Source of the DNA: Octopus vulgaris | Taxonomy: Eukaryota | Reading direction: 5' to 3' | DNA length: 64,000 nucleotides | NCBI GenBank assembly: GCA_951406725.2 | Contig: OX597831.1 | Location: 19,592,001 to 19,656,000, forward strand | In this document: positions 39,701 through 54,479 of the stretch, piece by piece | Layout of the letters: each line of letters opens with the position of its first letter | Numbering within the stretch: the first letter of the stretch is position 1 | Program-made: the position numbers and the translations under genes | The notes under the pieces: generated by a model | The model's input: only the letters and a program-made list of their open reading frames with translations | The model's database searches: none | What the model was told of the DNA's origin: nothing

Positions 39701-42700
39701 CCATATTCAGATGGCTTTAGTCCCTTATGTTATCGAGCAGTTACTGTCTATATCCCTTTTAGAGAATTATTATTGCTTTCGAACAGATTTTCGAAATCAG
39801 CAAATGTATTTTGCTTGAAAATCTATATAAGAAATCCTGCATAGTGAGAATTCGTCGAGGAAGCGGAGGCCTACCACACGCCGATGATAGGCAATACACC
39901 TTGAAACCATGGTCCGTGTGTGGTTTCCGCTTCATCGGGGAATTACCTCCCTTTGCAGGTTTAGGGCACCGTGACGGTGTCGAGCCTTTCTGGTGACGTC
40001 GATGTTCGCCTGGGGCTAAATGCAACAGTAACACCCCCACCACCCTGCCCTGTCCCTAGCCATATTCAGATGGCTTTAGTCCCTTATGTTATCGAGCAGT
40101 TACTGTCTATATCCCTTTTAGAGAATTATTATTGCTTTCGAACAGATTTTCGAAATCAGCAAATGTATTTTGCTTGAAAATCTATATAAGAAATCCTGCA
40201 TAGTGAGAATCCGTCGAGGAAGCGGAGGCCTACCACACGCCGATGATAGGCAATACACCTTGAAACCATGGTCTGTGTGTGGTTTCCGCTTCATCGGGGA
40301 ATTACCTCCCTTTGCAGGTTTAGGGCACCGTGACGGTGTCGAGCCTTTCTGGTGACGTCGATGTTCGCCTGGGGCTAAATGCAACAGTAACACCCCCACC
40401 ACCCTGCCCTGTCCCTAGCCATATTCAGATGGCTTTAGTCCCTTATGTTATCGAGCAGTTACTGTCTATATCCCTTTTAGAGAATTATTATTGCTTTCGA
40501 ACAGATTTTCGAAATCAGCAAATGTATTTTGCTTGAAAATCTATATAAGAAATCCTGCATAGTGAGAATTCGTCGAGGAAGCGGAGGCCTACCACACGCC
40601 GATGATAGGCAATACACCTTGAAACCATGGTCCGTGTGTGGTTTCCGCTTCATCGGGGAATTACCTCCCTTTGCAGGTTTAGGGCACCGTGACGGTGTCG
40701 AGCCTTTCTGGTGACGTCGATGTTCGCCTGGGGCTAAATGCAACAGTAACACCCCCACCACCCTGCCCTGTCCCTAGCCATATTCAGATGGCTTTAGTCC
40801 CTTATGTTATCGAGCAGTTACTGTCTATATCCCTTTTAGAGAATTATTATTGCTTTCGAACAGATTTTCGAAATCAGCAAATGTATTTTGCTTGAAAATC
40901 TATATAAGAAATCCTGCATAGTGAGAATTCGTCGAGGAAGCGGAGGCCTACCACACGCCGATGATAGGCAATACACCTTGAAACCATGGTCCGTGTGTGG
41001 TTTCCGCTTCATCGGGGAATTACCTCCCTTTGCAGGTTTAGGGCACCGTGACGGTGTCGAGCCTTTCTGGTGACGTCGATGTTCGCCTGGGGCTAAATGC
41101 AACAGTAACACCCCCACCACCCTGCCCTGTCCCTAGCCATATTCAGATGGCTTTAGTCCCTTATGTTATCGAGCAGTTACTGTCTATATCCCTTTTAGAG
41201 AATTATTATTGCTTTCGAACAGATTTTCGAAATCAGCAAATGTATTTTGCTTGAAAATCTATATAAGAAATCCTGCATAGTGAGAATTCGTCGAGGAAGC
41301 GGAGGCCTACCACACGCCGATGATAGGCAATACACCTTGAAACCATGGTCCGTGTGTGGTTTCCGCTTCATCGGGGAATTACCTCCCTTTGCAGGTTTAG
41401 GGCACCGTGACGGTGTCGAGCCTTTCTGGTGACGTCGATGTTCGCCTGGGGCTAAATGCAACAGTAACACCCCCACCACCCTGCCCTGTCCCTAGCCATA
41501 TTCAGATGGCTTTAGTCCCTTATGTTATCGAGCAGTTACTGTCTATATCCCTTTTAGAGAATTATTATTGCTTTCGAACAGATTTTCAAAATCAGCAAAT
41601 GTATTTTGCTTGAAAATCTATATAAGAAATCCTGCATAGTGAGAATTCGTCGAGGAAGCGGAGGCCTACCACACGCCGATGATAGGCAATACACCTTGAA
41701 ACCATGGTCCGTGTGTGGTTTCCGCTTCATCGGGGAATTACCTCCCTTTGCAGGTTTAGGGCACCGTGACGGTGTCGAGCCTTTCTGGTGACGTCGATGT
41801 TCGCCTGGGGCTAAATGCAACAGTAACACCCCCACCACCCTGCCCTGTCCCTAGCCATATTCAGATGGCTTTAGTCCCTTATGTTATCGAGCAGTTACTG
41901 TCTATATCCCTTTTAGAGAATTATTATTGCTATATATATATATATATATATAATATATAATCTGCTACAACAAAAAGGATTCTTTAAGTTATCCTGCATT
42001 AGAACATATCAATCAAATAAATCGGATTCGATTATTATATAATTGTTGAGCATTAAACAATTTATTAACTATTCTTCAAGTACGGGCAGCATCATTCGAG
42101 AAGCGGGCCACATGAGACATGGTTCATCATCATGTACGTCATACTACTATAAAAAAACTGATGGCAATGTTTCTTTATACGGACTGTAGGTTGTCTATGA
42201 TTGTGTTGGATATTCTTTTAGTCATGGGTTGTGCGACATTGAGTCCTTGAAAAATAACCGTTTGTAATAGCGATGCCAGTTAACTAGCCGTAAAAAGATA
42301 ACCATTCGTCCACTTGCTTTTGCGTTTTCTAGGTGTGTAGTCAAATGACATCGAACACGTGAAAGTGTTATCCTGGGTTCAAATTGTTTATGTTGTTGCT
42401 GCTGTTATTTTTGTTGCTGTTTAGCTCTTACTCTAGCTCTTCCCTCCTTACACACACCTCCATCAAACACATCATGCTGTCTTTTTACCAAGCACTGTGA
42501 AATCGGGACTAAATTGTTCAACCATGCCCTACTTTTTTTAGGAGATATGAGGTTCTGTGCGAGAAACTTGGCTCCCATTTTAGCAGGTCGAGTGATATTC
42601 ATTGACTCTTAAGGAAATTATTATTTGTTGTTGAAGGCACTCTTACAATCAAATACATTCCAACATGATCGTCCTTTGCTCTTTTCTTTTTCTTTTGGTG

Positions 42701-42764
42701 GGGGTTAAGTTCTGTGAAACCGGAAAAATAATTATCAATGTCTTGTTTTTAAGGTAATGAGAAG

Positions 42765-43040
42765 GCGAGTGGCTCAGTGGTTAGGGCATTCGACTCACGA
42801 TTGTAAGGTCGTGAGTTGAATTTCCGGCGATGGGTTGTGTCCTTGAGCAACACACTTTATTTCACGTTGCTCCAGTTCACTCATTTGGCAAAAATGAGTA
42901 GTACCTGTATTTCAAAGGGACCAGTCTTGTCACACTGAATCTCCCTGAGAACTACGTTAGGCGTACACGTTAATTTCACGACCAAGCTGTTCCGTTGATC
43001 GTATCAGCTTGGACGCTCGTCGTTGTAACCGACGGAGTGC
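42765..43040 (+). mobile_element. tRNA-derived SINE, family A head with an alternative tail
   Basis: TGGCTCAGTGG A box; ttgtgtccttgagcaacacacttta; tail shared with 21048-21340. Confidence 0.8.
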
Positions 43041-43857
43041 TCCTTTTAAGGTAGTATAATCTTATATGAGAGAAAGCTCGCTGCTATTTCCTGTAGGTCA
43101 ATCGACTACGTAGAGGAACACCATCGTCTTCTATTGACCCCTAAATGTATAGAATAATGCTTAACTCTAAAGACAGAGTCTTGTCAAAAGCAGAACGTAA
43201 GAAACGAAAGTAAAATTTTAGTTATCTTTTATCCGGAATTGAAACCGCGTACGAACGATTCAAATTTCCACGTGCTATTAGATTTTGATCAAATGCACTC
43301 ATTGCAAAAATGTGTCAATATCGATTTCAAGTATTGAAATATTGATTTCTAACAATATTAGGCACGAATTTTATTTATTTATTTATTTATTTATATTTTT
43401 GATGTTGTTGGAAAGTATTTGTGCTTGTGTGTTTGTGTTGTGTGCACTGTATGTATGTGAAGGTGTGTGTGTGTGAGCATGTGTGTGTATTTGTGTGCAC
43501 GTGTGTGTGTATGTGTGTGTGTGCTTTAATGTGGAGCTGAAGTCTTTTGCTTCGATTGATTTCAGTATGTTGACTAAAAAGCTGACGCAAACATTTGCAC
43601 ATTTTTATCGATCTTGGTGTGACGAAAGAAAGAGCTAGAGAAAGAGAGAAAGAAAAATACAGAGAGAGAATGAGAAAGAAAAAGAGCGAGAAAGAGCGAG
43701 GAAGTAGATTTTTTTGCTATGTTGTTCCCGCTGGTTTTATTTTATAGCCCAAGGTCGGCTCTGGTTAGAAACACTGATGCTTTTAATTTTCCACTCATCA
43801 CTACATGTTACCCATTCGAAGACTCATGGACTTTTAAGGTTGCTGTTACCATTATTG

Positions 43858-43962
43858 CTTCTTCTTCTTCTTCTTCTTCTTCTTCTTCTTCTTCTTCTTC
43901 TTCTTCTTCTTCTTCTTCTTCTTCATCATCTTCTTCTTCTTCATCATCTTCTTCTTCTTCTT

Positions 43963-43992
<30 letters not shown>
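43858..43992. repeat. (CTT)n microsatellite
   Basis: Direct inspection. Confidence 0.97.
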
Positions 43993-43998
<6 letters not shown>

Positions 43999-44184
43999 GT
44001 CACACCAAGATCGATAACAATGTGCTCAACAAAAGAACAGGTGACGCTAGACAATCACGAAGTTTCGATGTGATACCTCTCTACCTGATTCAAATAATTG
44101 CATCATCTGTTCAGATCACACCCTCATTTATTACAAATGAAAGGGCAGATTGTATAACATTGCTACGGGTATATTGACAAGACA

Positions 44185-44385
44185 AGTCTCTTAACCCCTT
44201 GGGGGTCGTTGGGATGCTGCAGCAATGCAGCGTATCTCAGGCGAGAAAGGCTGGCAAAGTCCATCCTTCTCCAGGCTAAACTCATTTCTACTGCTGTGTG
44301 GACTGGAGAAACGTGAAATGAAGTGTTTTGCTCAAGAAAACAAAGGACAGCCCGGTCCAGGGATCGAAACCACAATCTTACGGAA
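44185..44385 (-). mobile_element. SINE family A-related copy
   Basis: B-box-like GTTTCGATCCC and ttcttgagcaaaacacttcatttcacgt on the - strand. Confidence 0.65.
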
Positions 44386-44632
44386 AGAAGTGAAGGACTC
44401 TTTATGTTGACGCCGAACCTCTAGAAATAGCAACCAAATCCCCACAAAAATTACACCATATAACTTTAGAAAAGGATAGATATATTTGATTCACTGGATA
44501 TGCTATTAAAAGACGAACTCACACTTTCACTTGACGCACCCGCGCCCGACACACAGACTTTCATATATTGAACATGGAAAAATAGATATTCTTATTTTAT
44601 CCACCTCTTGACAGGATTTGAACTCATAAGAT

Positions 44633-44633
<1 letters not shown>

Positions 44634-44700
<67 letters not shown>
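44634..44700. repeat. (TAG)n microsatellite
   Basis: Direct inspection. Confidence 0.97.
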
Positions 44701-44988
44701 AGGGGGCATGCACTAACACCACGTCGCTGCATCAACAATTAGTTGGCGACTCCCTACTCCTATGGTGGATGACATCTTTGTAGTACTCAAGCGACAAGGC
44801 TCCAACCTATGTATGTGTTGTGAGGATTTGGGGAGGTCAGAGCGCAAATCCTACTTCAACTTCTTTCAGTTGCCTTTTTATGTCACGCAAAGAAAACTCT
44901 GAGTATAATCATTGACATGCTGGTAAAAAGGCAGAAGAAAAACTCAACAAAGAAATTTGTCGTTTAAAATGATACTGCAATGCACCAC

Positions 44989-45044
<56 letters not shown>

Positions 45045-45402
45045 GGCGAAAAAGAAAATGGAAGGGACACAAAATTGACATACATCAGCCGGTAGAGTTT
45101 CTATTATGTCTATTGGGTACTATCCCTTAGCTGGTTGACTTTCCAGCCTCTAACACTCACGAAGATATAAATATATATATATATATATATATAATGTATG
45201 TATATATATCGCTGGGTCCTTAAATATAGGCTCCAGTCATCTACTGAAATACAATTCAATTGGGAAAAACAAGTTCCATTTCAACAAATATATTTAGAAT
45301 ATCAGAATTCTTCATTAATTGCAACGAATCAATATTTCCGTAGAATGTAAATTCAGTAATACATTTGGGATGGAGAATATACGTAAAAATCTATACACTC
45401 GA

Positions 45403-45435
<33 letters not shown>

Positions 45436-45786
45436 TGTATGTATGTATGTATGTATGTATGTATGTATGTATGTATGAAATAGCACATGCGTTTGTATAG
45501 AAACATAAACATACGAACATATGTAGATGCACACACATATGTATACACGCATGCACAAAACATAGAAACATGTATATATGCGTATGAATCTTTATGTTAT
45601 GCGTATGTATATATATATATATATATACAGACAGAAAAATATTAACAATAACACCGACAGGTTTAGGTTCGCAAATATACACACACGCGCAAGAACATAG
45701 AGACACACATTCACACACACACACTCACACACATATATGTATGCATGTCTGTATATACATATATATGATAGCTTGTATATGTGTGC

Positions 45787-45825
<39 letters not shown>

Positions 45826-45885
45826 GTATATATATATTTGTAATATATAAAGAGATCTCTTCCTTTTCTCTTTCTCTTTCTCTTC

Positions 45886-45984
<99 letters not shown>

Positions 45985-46514
45985 TGATAAAAATATATAT
46001 TCAATTCCTGTACACCACACCTAACAGTCTATAGAGAGAGAGAGAGCGAGAGAGAGAGATCCAGAAAATGATAAGAGGTCTCCTTATATATTTCGATCCA
46101 TTGGCCTACATTCTCGTATATTGTTTTGTATATTTGCTGTTCACTGTTTGCTTTCTTCTGATACATCGATCATACTTTTGAAAGTAGAGTGGATATTTAT
46201 CACATTTTAATGGACAAATCTGTCGATAAAATATCATCGAAAGATGCGGATTAGTTTTGCCTTCAAACCTATTCATATTTATAAAAACAGACAAAAAACA
46301 AAGACACGTTGAAGCCGAGCACTATACGGTCAGTATATCAACAATGTTTACGTGCCTCTCTTTGCTTTAAGTCTAGTATTAAACGCGCTAAATCTTTGAA
46401 AACCGGAACACAAATAGTGGAAAAAACGCCATGTTGTATTGTCCTCTAGCGATATGAGGTCGATGAACGCCTTTCCGACCAAGCGGGGGTGGGGTGATTT
46501 TGTATATACATACA

Positions 46515-46591
<77 letters not shown>

Positions 46592-47304
46592 GTGTGTGTG
46601 TGTAATGGGAAAATTATACATAATGTATAAAATAGATGAGTAAAGCACCGGCACAGTTTCGATTATATATATATGTATGTATGTATATATATGCATATAC
46701 CTATACATATACATACATACATATATATATTAATATATATACATTCATATATACGTATATATACATATATGTATATATGTAAATATATACATGTATATAT
46801 ATACATTTGTATATATATATACATTTGTATATATATATGTGTATATATATATATATGTGTGTGTTCATATATATGTATGCATGTATGTATATATTGTAGG
46901 GCGGTGTGTATGAAGATAAGTAGCAGTCAAGTATTGTTGTTGATCAAATGGATTAAAAGTCTTCCCTATTATATATTCTTCAATATTTGTGAGAAATGGT
47001 GAAATCCAATATCCGATATATATATCTCCACAAGAGCCTTCCTACAAAACCTTCACCATCGATTTAAAGTGTTGATCAAACCAAAGAAGCAGCCCTTACT
47101 TGATCAGTAAAACTGCTCAATATTTCAGTCAAATACATTCTATTGATAAATCCTATGTGTGTGTGTGTATGATTGTCTGTTTTAGCTCGTGTTTCATATG
47201 AAATGCATGTGTGCACTGGTGTATGTGTATGGAAACTGTTTCTACATTTCATATTTCACAAGCAGACACATAATATGACGGCATGTACGAATACACACAT
47301 ACAT

Positions 47305-47351
<47 letters not shown>

Positions 47352-47352
47352 A

Positions 47353-47388
<36 letters not shown>

Positions 47389-49265
47389 AAAGTGTACGTA
47401 CACCGCCATATGTATATAAAAAGGAATACAAAAAATGGGAGAAGAACGCAAAACATCCAGACAGTTCGATGGTACAAAAAAGGGACAAAAAATAAAAGGA
47501 CGAGTCATTCGGTGTTTTCTTTCCTCAGTTGAGTTCCAGATTATGTTTGCAGTTTCGGCTGGTTATACTCGAGATTGCTCCAATCTGGCCAGCCCCAAGG
47601 AAAAACTAAGCTCAGAGCACTAGATTCCTTGGAAGAAAGCAGCGAACAGGTGCGGCAGAAAGTTTGCCCCGATTTCAAAGTTTAATAAAAATAAAAATAA
47701 AAAAACATGGAGATGCATGAAATAACTTTGTATTTCTATGAAGTTCATTAAATGCCATTTTTATATTTTCTTTCAGATAGTATCCAGGATGGCCTCGAGT
47801 GGAGAACATCGTTTTTTTTTTTTTTTTGTTTTTCTTGTGTCTTCATGTGTTTGTTCTTTTATTAACCTTTGAACTCGGGGAAACCTCTCTGCAGCCCCCT
47901 CTATGTATATGGTCGTGTGCTATAAGTGTATATTCTCTGATACTTTTATTCTTTCTCTTTTTTCAGTCACTTGACTGCGGCCACGCTGGAACACACCCTT
48001 AAATGGTTGTAATCTAAGAAATCGACCCCATGACTTATTCGTTGTAAGCCTAGCAGTTATTCTATCGGTATCATTTGCCGAACCGCTATGTTACGGGGAA
48101 CTAAATTCACCAGCATCAGTGGTCAAGCGATTGTGGGGTGACACAGACACACTCACAAATACATACATACATATATATATACGTGTGTGTGTGTGTACAT
48201 ATATATTTATATATATATATACATATATTTGTGTGTGTGTATGTGTGTGAGTGTATGTGTACATATTTCACACTGACATGCACTGTTCTAGACAAGCTGT
48301 CCTGAACAGTCATTACGGAAAAGAACTCAGAGTAAACTCAATTTTTGATGTGGAAAACAAAACGAAACCCTCGACCCACCGGGCTAAGTTCTATATCAGA
48401 TAATGTTTGCCTTAGGTTAAATACGTTGATGTATTTCACAAGCCATGCATTACAGTATATAGTAATGAGTGTGCGTTTGTGCATGTGCAAAGGTGTGTGT
48501 AGAAGCATATGTACTATTACTTCCACTGGTTTTAGCCGTCCTGGGGTATTGCATTTAGAGCGATCGCTTATTATTTTACAATCGCTTCCCTGTTCCATTT
48601 CCGGGAACTGTTTCTGGTGAAATAGCGAGTTGAACTAGTTGCAATCCTTCGCGTTTCCCGTTGCGACGTCGACATGAAACTTGGCATCTCACACAAAAGG
48701 ATTTTACTTATATTGCACAATCCCAGCTGAATTTTCGGCAGGAATTGGCGAAATAAATTTCATATATGCGTGTGGTATTGTACCTGTGAAATAACTTGTC
48801 TTTATTTGACTGACTAACACTATAGTACAATACCAAACAACCACGTTCTTGTACTAAATTTTTTACTGTCTTCTGTTCATAAAATGTCGCCTAAACTATT
48901 TTCAACAAAAATTGTAAATAAAATCATTTTGACTCGATGTATTTTATTTACAAATGCTTTGAAATGTTTTGTGGATTTGCAATATCAGACATTTCTATTT
49001 CTACTTGTATAGTTGTTCTTCTATGTATTTTTCGTATGTTTTGTTTTCAATTTAATTCGACCTCTTGTGAATAAAAACGTCAAACTGAAAGAAACATCTG
49101 AAATAGAAACAAAAAAAGCCATATGCGAATTTACACACACACACACACCAAATACACACATAACCGATAGAGAGAGAGGGGGGCGAGAGACAGACAGATG
49201 TATATATGTCTCTAAAAATGTATGTCTATATGCATGTATTTACATATATATATATATATACATAC

Positions 49266-49312
<47 letters not shown>

Positions 49313-49494
49313 TATGATTCGGTACACATACACACACATATTTCTATTACTATGTAAGCATGAGTGTTTCTATGTGTGTATGTATATATACATATAAACA
49401 TATATATATGTCCTGTTCTTAATGTGTATTTTTATTTATTTATAATCGAACGCCCAGTAGCCTTGTTCACATCAAGTTCTTACATTTATTTATA

Positions 49495-49868
49495 ACTAGC
49501 AGTATCGCCCGGCGTTGCTCAGGTTTGTAAGGGAAATAACTATAAAGCATTTTTAGAGAGTTATAACCAAAAAATGGAAAAAAATGATGGTAAATTTTTT
49601 TTGAGAGTAAAAAAAGGTGGAGCTGCGTCCCCTAGACAGTTTGCGGTTTGTGTTTCTAATTCTCGACCCCATGTCGAATTTATCGATTTTTTCAGAACTG
49701 GGGGAACTTTTCAAAATTTTCGCTGCGTTAGTTTTGAATTATGACATTGGGCTATGTGTGTGTCAAGTTTCATCAGAATCGGTTGAAAGCCGTGGTCAGG
49801 GTGAGGGTACAAGCAAACAGACACACAGAAACACGCACAGACAAACTGCCGTTTATATAGAGAGAGAT
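49495..49868. mobile_element. Helentron/HINE-like element (similar termini at 53033-53600 and 32770-33132)
   Basis: ACTAGCAGTAT..CCCGGC start and ...TTTATATA(GA)n end recur at 53033-53600. Confidence 0.5.
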
Positions 49869-51274
49869 TTCTGCGACTCCATTGTCTGTTTTCTTTCATT
49901 CTCTTTATCCTTCTATAATTCTCTTTATTTTCCGTTTCTCCCCATCGTTCTTTTACTGTTCCTTGTCTTTCTTCCACTTCCTACCATCTTTCGTTCCTTC
50001 CTCACTCCCTCTGTTTCTTTCCCTCATCCTCTCTCTTGTCCCACTTGCCCTCTGCCAGTGTGCTCACACATGACTACAGGCAATTTTTCTCCCCTCTGTC
50101 ACTTTTTGGACGTGAGACCAACTTCGCTGGCCGTCATTTCTCTCGCCTCTCGACCTGCAAATATATACGACGGGCTTCTTTCAGTTTCTGTCTACCAAAT
50201 CCACTCACAAGTCTTTGGTCGGCCCGAGGTTATAGTAAAAGACACCTGCCCAAGGTGCCGCGCAGTGGGACTGAATGCGGAACCATGTGGCTGGTTAGCA
50301 AGCTACTTACCACACGTACACACACATACATATATACACACATCTACTCAATATGCATATACGTATATATTTGTGTGTATGAATTGATATAGTCATTTTT
50401 TTAATTATACAAAATTTATACATCCGCTGCTATTATGATGTGTATGTGTATGTGTGTATTCATGTATATATTTATATACATATTTATGATAAACACAAAT
50501 GTAAGCATATGATGATTGATTATGATAATGGAATACTTTCTTTCCTTATTCGACAGTACTAACCGATAACCTGCTGACAGCACAATAGTACAAAGAATTC
50601 CTGATTTAAACTTAGTCAAAATGAAATTTGTAAATTCACAAATTACAAACACTTAAAAAAGAGGTAAACAAGAAATGCAGTAGAATCTGAGATGAGATGT
50701 CGAAGAACCATATACAAGCCAATCATCCATGCAAAAAGGAACACCATTCAACAAAAACAAATATTGAACCATGTCCAAAGTAATACATATGAATGAGAAG
50801 ACAAACTGAATTGTAACAGCTTTCGTATGATAATCGGAGTGTCAGAAAACTTCAATTTGTGATGTAAATATTCACTGACAACAGTCCATATAACGCTACG
50901 GCTTATATTAAGTATTCCCTTCCTCATTCACTGAAAAATTATCAATAAATGTGTATGTGTGGGTGTGTTCCTGAGCACGAGTGCGTGTGTGTGTTCATGC
51001 GTTCGTATGTACCGTATTATAAAGTTAGATTTTTAAAAATCTCAAACAGGATGACAGGGTCATTATGCATTATGTACAATTTATGTGAAAAATAGTAAAG
51101 GTTAAATTTTACTCGTAATCAACTAGAAGAAAATTTTCATTGTATTTCTGGGGGGTTTTTTACGTGATGTTCCTTTGCTCATCAATAAAGAACACCTCTG
51201 AAACAGCTTTAGCGAACATCAGCTTATCTGTGTTATTGTTTACAGTAGAGATAGATAGATAGACAGACAGATAG

Positions 51275-51454
<180 letters not shown>

Positions 51455-51455
51455 T

Positions 51456-51541
<86 letters not shown>

Positions 51542-52204
51542 TTTCAGTTTTAATCGGTAGAAATTACACACCGATTCTTTACCTGACATTCTATCGATTT
51601 TGTAAGTTCCTGCTAAGCTTGATATAATAAACCTCACCAAGCCAGTATTCAGTTACATCACGTAGTTGTGGAAATATCATTTCCAAAAAAATGGTATAAT
51701 ATAAAACAAATAATATTTATAACAACATTACGTTTTATGTATATTTAGGTATCATTTGCTAGTTTATGCATGTGAGTCTTACTAATATTTTCCATGATTC
51801 CTGTTGCAGGTTGTTATTGATTAGATTATTTGACCTGTAAATAAAATTAAAAAAAGTTCTGTATTGCAATATCTACACAGATGAGAGCTTGATCACTATT
51901 ATAAAAATTACATTTATTGCATATCGTAGTTTTTGCCATTGATTATTTGTGTTAAATTGCAATTCTATAAAGAGTGGTCTTACCTGTTTGAATATTATTA
52001 CAATTTATATTCTCATATCTTGGTAGAATTTGTCTATTGATTCTGCCAATAAATGTTATTAAAGTTACATACGAATTGATATTATAACGAAAGTTAGTGT
52101 TGTATTAGAATAATATTGAGGTTTTGATTTAGTAAACTCTGTGCTATCATGACGACTCTCCGTCTTGCAGTATAGACAATATAACGCTCACCCACTGATA
52201 AAGG

Positions 52205-52525
52205 AATAGAAATCTCCGTCGGTGATGAATGACCATAGGTTTGCACTCAGAAAGCTCCCCTCTGAGGCAGAAGTCCAGGCAAAATTTTTTAAGGACTATC
52301 GGCAGTCGCCCATGCGTACCAAATTCTCCTATCCACGCCACCGATGTTATCCAAGGCAAAGGCCGATACATCTTGCCACCAGTGACATCGTATCTCATTT
52401 CTACAGCTGGGTGAATTGGAACAATGTGAAATAAAGGGTATTGTTCAAGAACACAACCTGGTCCGGGAATTGAACTCACTACCTCAAGATAGTGAGTCCG
52501 ATGCTCTAATCACTGAGCTATGCAC
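52205..52525 (-). mobile_element. tRNA-derived SINE, family A
   Basis: Reverse-complement homology to 733-1068. Confidence 0.85.
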
Positions 52526-52721
52526 CTATCATTGCATTAATGATAATTCATTTAATAATTCAGCGTTATCATAGTATTGTTCAGTCTTACAGCATTGAAA
52601 ATACAACGGTAACACAGTGGTATCATTTTTAATTCATGTTATAATTGTAATATTAGTAATATAAGTAAATCACTGTATTAATCTTCTAGAACATAACTCA
52701 CTTTGAAGTGAATATTTTATA

Positions 52722-52931
52722 GAGCAACCCCTCACCATATCGCGGTTCACCTTTCGCGCACTCGGTACGCCATGTATTATTCTGGCCAATATATGTAAAT
52801 TTATATTGCGGACGCCTCAGTATATCCGGGTTTCTGCGCCCGATAGGTATTATATGTTCTTTTTTTTAGATTTTAATTATTTCTATGGTAGGTTTTTGAA
52901 CTTAACACCAGCGACAGTCGAGGGATTACTG
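52722..52931. mobile_element. Pogo/Tigger-like MITE remnant
   Basis: Imperfect TIRs agcaacccctcaccatatcgc / gcgacagtcgagggattactg. Confidence 0.45.
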
Positions 52932-53951
52932 CATGGGTTTTGTAGAGGTGCTGAAACGTTCATTTATCATTATTCGAGTTAAAATAGCCTCAATCAGGAA
53001 TTATCGCCATGCATTATGAAGTTATATCAGTAACTAGCAGTATAACCCGGCTTTTCCCGTGATTAAGTTATGATTATTAAGCTAATCAATTTCTTTACTT
53101 CAAAACCAAACTAAGTGACATCAAGGTCAAATTTGGGCGAAATCCGTTGAAATTGGTTTATATATATATATGGGCAACACACACACACACACACGCACAT
53201 GCACACAAATACGTACGTACACCTATTACATACATGCTTTTTGTACGCATACGTGTTCGCGCGCGCGGGGGGGGGGTGTATGTTGCCCGTATATCAACAA
53301 AACATTTTTTCCTCGATGGAAAAAAAGCAAAAACTTACGCGTCGCTAGAAGGGGACTTAACTCCTGTTTGCAAACCATGGTTATTTCTCCGGCTTGAAAA
53401 TTGTTAAAAGTTTTGGTTGACAAGTTTTTTACTGCTATTCGCTGGTGCCTCTGGGAAAAATAAGTACACGAAAATAAGCTAGGATCATGACGAATGTCCT
53501 CCTAAAATTTGAACGACATGCATGCTAATTTGTGGACGTGCATAAATTACATTCACGCACACACACACACACACACATCGTGCCCTTTATGTATACAGAT
53601 GTTAAAATATGTTTTGCTATTACAAGAACACTGCATGTTGAGAGCGTGTGTTCATGTATTTAGTGTGTTCAGGTCACGATCTTAATATTGTAGGTTCAAT
53701 TCCCTGACCGAGCGTTGAGGTGGGCCTTTGAGAAAGATATGCATTTTCATGCTGTTGCAGTCTAATTAGTTGCAGTTGAGTACCAACCTAGTCCTGGCGC
53801 AGCTCTCTCTCCCTCCACTTGTTCCAGCACGAATGTGCCTCTACGGCAAACGATGGGTGAATCGAGAGACCCCGCTCGACTACATAGGCACTTAGCGAAA
53901 GTACAATGTTGCTATTATGGGTCTAATACCCTAATCACTAATCTGCGACCT

Positions 53952-53992
<41 letters not shown>

Positions 53993-54313
53993 CACACACA
54001 CACACACAGAAACACAGACGATACATTTAAATCTAACACCATCCTTTCCACTGGATCTGATATTATGCACTATATTTTTTACTTTGACTCCATCCTATTA
54101 TAATATGCTTACACTGTTTCTAACATCTCCGTCGTGTAAAAATGATATTTGCGAGACCACATCGCCATTACGCAGAACTTTGAACAGAGACAGCACTTGT
54201 ACAAATGCGGAAGCGTTCATATAGATAGACAGACAGCCAGACATATAATTATTTTGCCCATGTAGTTTGAAAGAGAGTTAAGCAGATGAGTTTGACAAGT
54301 GTACGTGTGGATG

Positions 54314-54387
<74 letters not shown>

Positions 54388-54392
54388 CAGAC

Positions 54393-54479
<87 letters not shown>

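Larger units (their letters stand above)
33988..41931. repeat. Tandem array of ~22 near-identical 359-bp units, each with a hammerhead ribozyme (retrozyme-like satellite). Left block 33988-36558 (~7.2 units, ribozyme on - strand); right block 36558-41931 (~15 units, ribozyme on + strand)
   Basis: ORF track and sequence repeat with a 359-nt period; units differ by only a few SNPs or 1-nt indels. Inversion junction ...ggtgggggt|cgaaatcagc at 36558. (TA)n on both flanks. Confidence 0.97.

Noticed and set aside
33988-41931. Array as CRISPR, 5S rRNA, snRNA, SL RNA or tRNA cluster
   Set aside because: No variable spacers and no 5S, U-snRNA or tRNA signatures were seen. T4 runs on the ribozyme strand also argue against Pol III read-through of multimers.
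34036-41960. Repeated 94-, 68- and 61-aa ORFs in the array as a protein-coding gene cluster
   Set aside because: They overlap on both strands, mostly lack ATG starts, show no recognisable domain and are broken by 1-nt indels in some units. They are by-products of the repeat.
43714-44177. Poly-Leu / poly-Ser ORFs
   Set aside because: They come from the (CTT)n microsatellite.
49617-50392. 256-aa ORF
   Set aside because: It runs across a Helentron-like element, a pyrimidine-rich tract and a SINE; a chance chimeric frame.
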